From NCBI RefSeq assembly GCF_902713615.1, contig NC_052172.1, positions 434,001 through 498,000 of the forward strand: a DNA stretch of 64,000 nucleotides, written 5' to 3'. The notes beneath the pieces are model-generated. The model did not search any database, was not told the DNA's origin, and worked only from the letters and a program-made list of their open reading frames with translations. Positions 60,061-64,000 of this stretch are shown here, piece by piece; the stretch's first letter is position 1, and each line of letters opens with the position of its first letter. The position numbers and the translations under genes are program-made. The DNA comes from Scyliorhinus canicula (taxonomy: Eukaryota).

Positions 60061-60492
60061 TTTGGCAGGGGAATGGGAAACGGATTTGTAGTCCAGCAAC
60101 TAAGGAAGCCGATATTCAGCTCACCAAAGCGTGTAGTGACACAGTGGGGAAGGTAACACTGACAAAGGAGAGTACTTGCAGGCACGGAGATGGGTTGAAG
60201 TGTGTTTAATTCAACGAAAGAAGCATCAGGAATAAGGTGGGTGAACTTAAGGCATGGATCGGTACTTGGGACTAGGATGTGGTGGCCATCACGGAAACTT
60301 GGATAGAAAAGGGGCAGAAATGGTTGTTGGAGGTCCCTGGTTATAGATGTTTAAACAAGATTAGGGAGGATGGTAAAAGAGGTGGGGGGGTGGCATTGTT
60401 AATTAGAGATAGTATAACAGCTGCAGAAAGACAGTTCGAGTAGGATCTGCCTACTGAGGTAGTATAGGTTGAAGTCAGAAATAGGAAAGGAG

Positions 60493-60715
60493 GGCAGCAC
60501 GGTGGCACAGTGGTTAGCATCGCTGCCTATGGCGCTAAGGACCTGGGTTTGAATCCTGGCACTGGGTCTGTGAGGAGTTTGCACATTCTCCCCTAGCCTG
60601 CGTGGGTTTCGCCCCACAACAACCCAAAGATGTGCAGGTTAGGTGGATTGGCCACGTTAAATTGCCCCTTAATTGGAAAAAATAATTGGGTACTCTAAAT
60701 TTATTTTTTTTTAAA
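60493..60715 (+). mobile_element. tRNA SINE inserted in CR1 ORF2 with 16-bp TSD
   Basis: TSD AGAAATAGGAAAGGAG at 60477-60492 and 60716-60731; A/T-rich tail. Confidence 0.92.
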
Positions 60716-62614
60716 AGAAATAGGAAAGGAGCAGTCACCTTGTTGGGAGTTTTCTATAGCCCCCCAACCCCCCTCCCCAATAGCAGCAGAGATGTGGAGG
60801 AACAGATTTTGGAAAGGTGCAGAAGTCACAGGGTAGTAGTCATGGGTGACTTCAACTTCCCAAACATTGAGTGGAAACTCTTTTGATCAAATAGTTTGGA
60901 TGGGGTAGTGTTTGTGCACTGTGTCGAGGAAGCTTTTCTAACACAGTATGTAGATTGTCTGACCAGAGGGGAGGCCATATTGGATTTGGTACTTGGTAAT
61001 GAACCAGGGCAAGTGATAGATTTGTTAGTGGGGGAGCATTTTGGAGGTAGTGCCCACAATTCTGTGACATTCACTTAAGTAATTGATAGGTGCGTGCAAC
61101 AGGACAAGATTTACAATTGGGGGATAGGTAAATACAATGCTGTGAGACAAGAATTGAAGTGCATAAGTTGGGAACATAGGCTGTCAGGGAAGGACACGTG
61201 AAATGTGGAACTTGTTCAAGGATCAGGTACTACGTGTCTTTGATATGTATGTCCCTGTCAGGCAGGGAAGAAATGATCAAGTGAGGGAACCATGTTTGAC
61301 ACGAGAGTTTGAATGTCTTGTTAAGAGGAAGAAAGAGACTTGTGTAAGGCTGAGGAAACAAGGTTCAGACAGGGCGCTGGAGGGATACAAGACAGCCAGG
61401 AGGGAACTGAAGGAAGGGATTAGGAGAGCTAAGAGAGGGCATGAAAAATCTTTGGTGGGTAGGATCAAGGAAAACCCCAAGGCCTTTTACACATATGTGA
61501 GAAATATGAGAATGACTAGAGCAAGGGTCGGTCCGATCAAAGACAGTAGCGGGAGATTGTGTATTGAGTCTGAAGAGATAGGAGAGGTCTTGAACGAGCA
61601 CTTTTCTTCAGTATTTACAAACGAGAGGGGCCATATTGTTGGAGAGGACAGTGTGAAACAGACTGGAAAGCTTGAGGAGATACTTGTTAGGACGGAAGAT
61701 GTGTTGGGCATTTTGAAAAACTTGAGGACAGACAAGGCCCCTGGGCCTGAAGGGATACATCCAAGGATTCTATGGGAAGCAAGAGATGAAATTGCAGAGC
61801 CGTTGGCAATGATCTTCTCGTCCTCACTGTCAACAGGGGTGGTACCAGGGGATTGGAGAGTGGCGAATGTTGTGCCTCTGTTCAAAAAAGGGAATAGGGA
61901 TAACCCTGGGAATTACAGGCCAGTTAGTCTTACTTCGGTGGTCGGCAAATTAATGGAAAGGGTACAGAGGGATAGGATTTCTGAGCATCTGGAAAAACAC
62001 TGCTTGATCAGGGATAGTCAGCACGGATTTCTGAGCGGTAGGTCTTGCCTTACAAGTCTTATTGAATTATTTGAGGAGGTGACCAAGCATGTGGATGAAG
62101 GTAAAGCAGTGGATGTAGTGTACATGGATTTTAGTAAGGCATTTGATAAGGTTCCCATGGTAGGCTTATGCGGAAAGTAGGGAGGCATGGGATAGTGGAA
62201 AATGTTGCCAGTTGGATAATGAACTGGCTAACCAATAGAAGTCAGAGATTGGTAGTGGATGGGAAATATTCAGCCTGGAGCCCAGTTACCAGTGGTGTAC
62301 TGCAGTGATCAGTTCTGGGTCCTCTGCTTTTTGTGATTTTCATTAATGACTTGGATGAGTGAGTTGAAGGGTGGGTCAGTAAATTTGCAGATGATATGAA
62401 GATTGGTGGAGTTGTGGATAGTGAGGAGGGCTGTTGTCGACTGCAAAGAGACATAGATAGGATGCAGAGCTGGGCTGAGAAGTGGTAGATGGACTTTAAC
62501 CCTGACAAGTGTGAGGTTGTCCATTTTGGAAGGAGAAATGTGAATGCGGAACACCGGGTTAACGGTAGGGTTCTTGGCAATGCTGTGGAGCAGAGAGATC
62601 TTGGGGTCTATGTT

Positions 62615-62802
62615 GAAATGAAATGATAAATGAAAATCGCATATTGTCAGGAGTAGGCTTCAATGAAGTTACTGTGAAAAGCCCCTAGTCGCCACATACC
62701 GGCGTTTGTCCGGGGCGGCTGGTACGGGAATCAAACTGTTCTGCTGGCCTGCTTGGTGTGCTTTAAAAGCCAACGATTTAGCCCAGTGAGCTAAACCAGC
62801 CC
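62615..62802 (-). mobile_element. Short tRNA SINE with (CATTT)n tail in CR1 ORF2, 7-bp TSD
   Basis: Head GGGCTGGTTTAGCTCACTGG; TSD CTATGTT at 62608-14 and 62803-09. Confidence 0.88.
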
Positions 62803-63408
62803 CTATGTTCAGAGATCTTTGAAAGTTGCCACTCAAGTGGATAGAGCTGTGAAGAAGGCCTATGGTGTGCTAGCATTCATTGGCAGAGGGATTGAATTTA
62901 AGAGCTGTGAGGTGATGATGCAGCTGTACAAAACCTTGGTAAGGCCACATTTGGAGTACTGTGTGCAGTTCTGGTCACCTCATTTTAGGAAGGATGTGGA
63001 AGCTTTGGAAAAGGTGCAAAGGAGATTTACCAGGATGTTGCCTGGAATGGAGAGTAGGTCTGATGAGGAAAGGTTGAGGGTGCTAGGCCTTTTCTCATTA
63101 GAACGGAGAAGGATGAGGAACGACTTGATAGAGGTTTATAAGATGATCGGGGAATAGATAGAGTAGACAGTCAGAGACTTTTTCCCCGGGTGGAACAAAC
63201 CATTACAAGGGTACATAAATTTAAGGTGAATGGTGGAAGATACAGGGGGGATGTCAGAGTTAGGTTCTTTACCCAGAGAGTAGTGGGGGCATGGAATGCA
63301 CTGCCTGTGGAAGTAGGTGAGTCGGCAACATTAGGGACCTTCAAGCGGCTATTGGATACGTACATGGATTATGGTAGAATAATGGAGTGTAGATTAATTT
63401 GTTCTTAA

Positions 63409-63762
63409 GGGCAGCACGGTAGCATTGTGGATAGCACAATTGCGTCACAGCTAGAGGGTCCCAGGTTCGATTCCGCCTTGGGTCACTGTCTGTGCGGGGT
63501 CTGCACATCCACCCCGTGTGTGCGTGGGTTTCCTCCGGATGTTCCGGTTTTCTCCCACAGTCGAAAGATGCGCAGGTTAGGTGGATTGGCCATGATAAAT
63601 TGCCCTTAGTGTCCAAAATTGCAGTCAGTGTTGGGTGGGTTTACTAGGTTATGGGGATAGGGTGGAGTTGTTGACCTCGGGTAGGGTGCTCTTCCCAAGA
63701 GCCGGTGCAGACTCGATGGGCCGAGTGGCCTCCTGCACTGTAAATTCTATGATAATCTATGA
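63409..63762 (+). mobile_element. HE1-like SINE embedded in the CR1 3' UTR
   Basis: GGGCAGCACGGTAGCATTGTGG...CTGTAAATTCTATG; the CR1 tail resumes after ~63762. Confidence 0.9.
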
Positions 63763-64000
63763 TTAATCTAGGACAAAGGTTCGGCACAACATCGTGGGCT
63801 GAAGGGCCTGTTCTGTGCTGTATTTTTCTATGTTCTATGTTCCCCTGTTGGGGGATTTGAGGTGTGCAGTCACCGGTAAAAGTCCTCAAAGGTCTTGTTA
63901 ACCTTGTTTGGGTCTGTTTCTAGTGTGCCTCTGTTGTCTCAAATTTGCACAATCTTTCTGTTGGCTGCTCAGCTGGCCTTCTCTGCTGGTGTGCCAACAG

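Larger units (their letters stand above)
58459..63841 (+). mobile_element. Apparently full-length CR1 LINE: repeat-containing 5' UTR, ORF1, decayed ORF2, 3' UTR ending (TTCTATG)n
   Basis: ORF1 59128..60060; ORF2 fragments 60686..63408 with EN/RT motifs and in-frame stops; tail TTTCTATGTTCTATGT. Confidence 0.93.

Overview
Vertebrate genomic DNA; the CR1/HER1-type LINEs and HE1/V-SINE-type tRNA SINEs point to a shark or other elasmobranch (inference). The only clear host protein genes form a replication-dependent histone mini-cluster at 47.6-52.7 kb: H2B(+), H2A(+), H3.2(-) and a frameshifted H1(-), each with a 3' stem-loop; there is no H4 in the window. About 17.6 kb (9843-27476) is repeated right after a 500-N gap (27977-46051), with ends that match an unmerged contig overlap, so this is probably two haplotypes rather than a true duplication. 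The rest is mostly transposons: three CR1 LINEs (one apparently full length, with an esterase ORF1), a full-length decayed Tx1/L1-clade LINE with a 16-bp TSD carrying a nested LTR element > hAT MITE > LINE/SINE tail, a deleted Buster-type hAT next to the H2B promoter, many SINEs, and several minisatellites. The least explained structure is a multi-copy Pol II promoter/first-exon cassette (two CCAAT boxes, an invariant gap-type HSE-like palindrome, NRF1-like GCATGCGC, GC box, spliced short exons). It occurs as three paralogues (five copies counting the overlap), with copies in opposite orientation on either side of the histone cluster. One paralogue can be spliced by eye into a 4-exon, 82-codon ORF with a 24-nt micro-exon. 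All calls are from manual reading; no database search was run.
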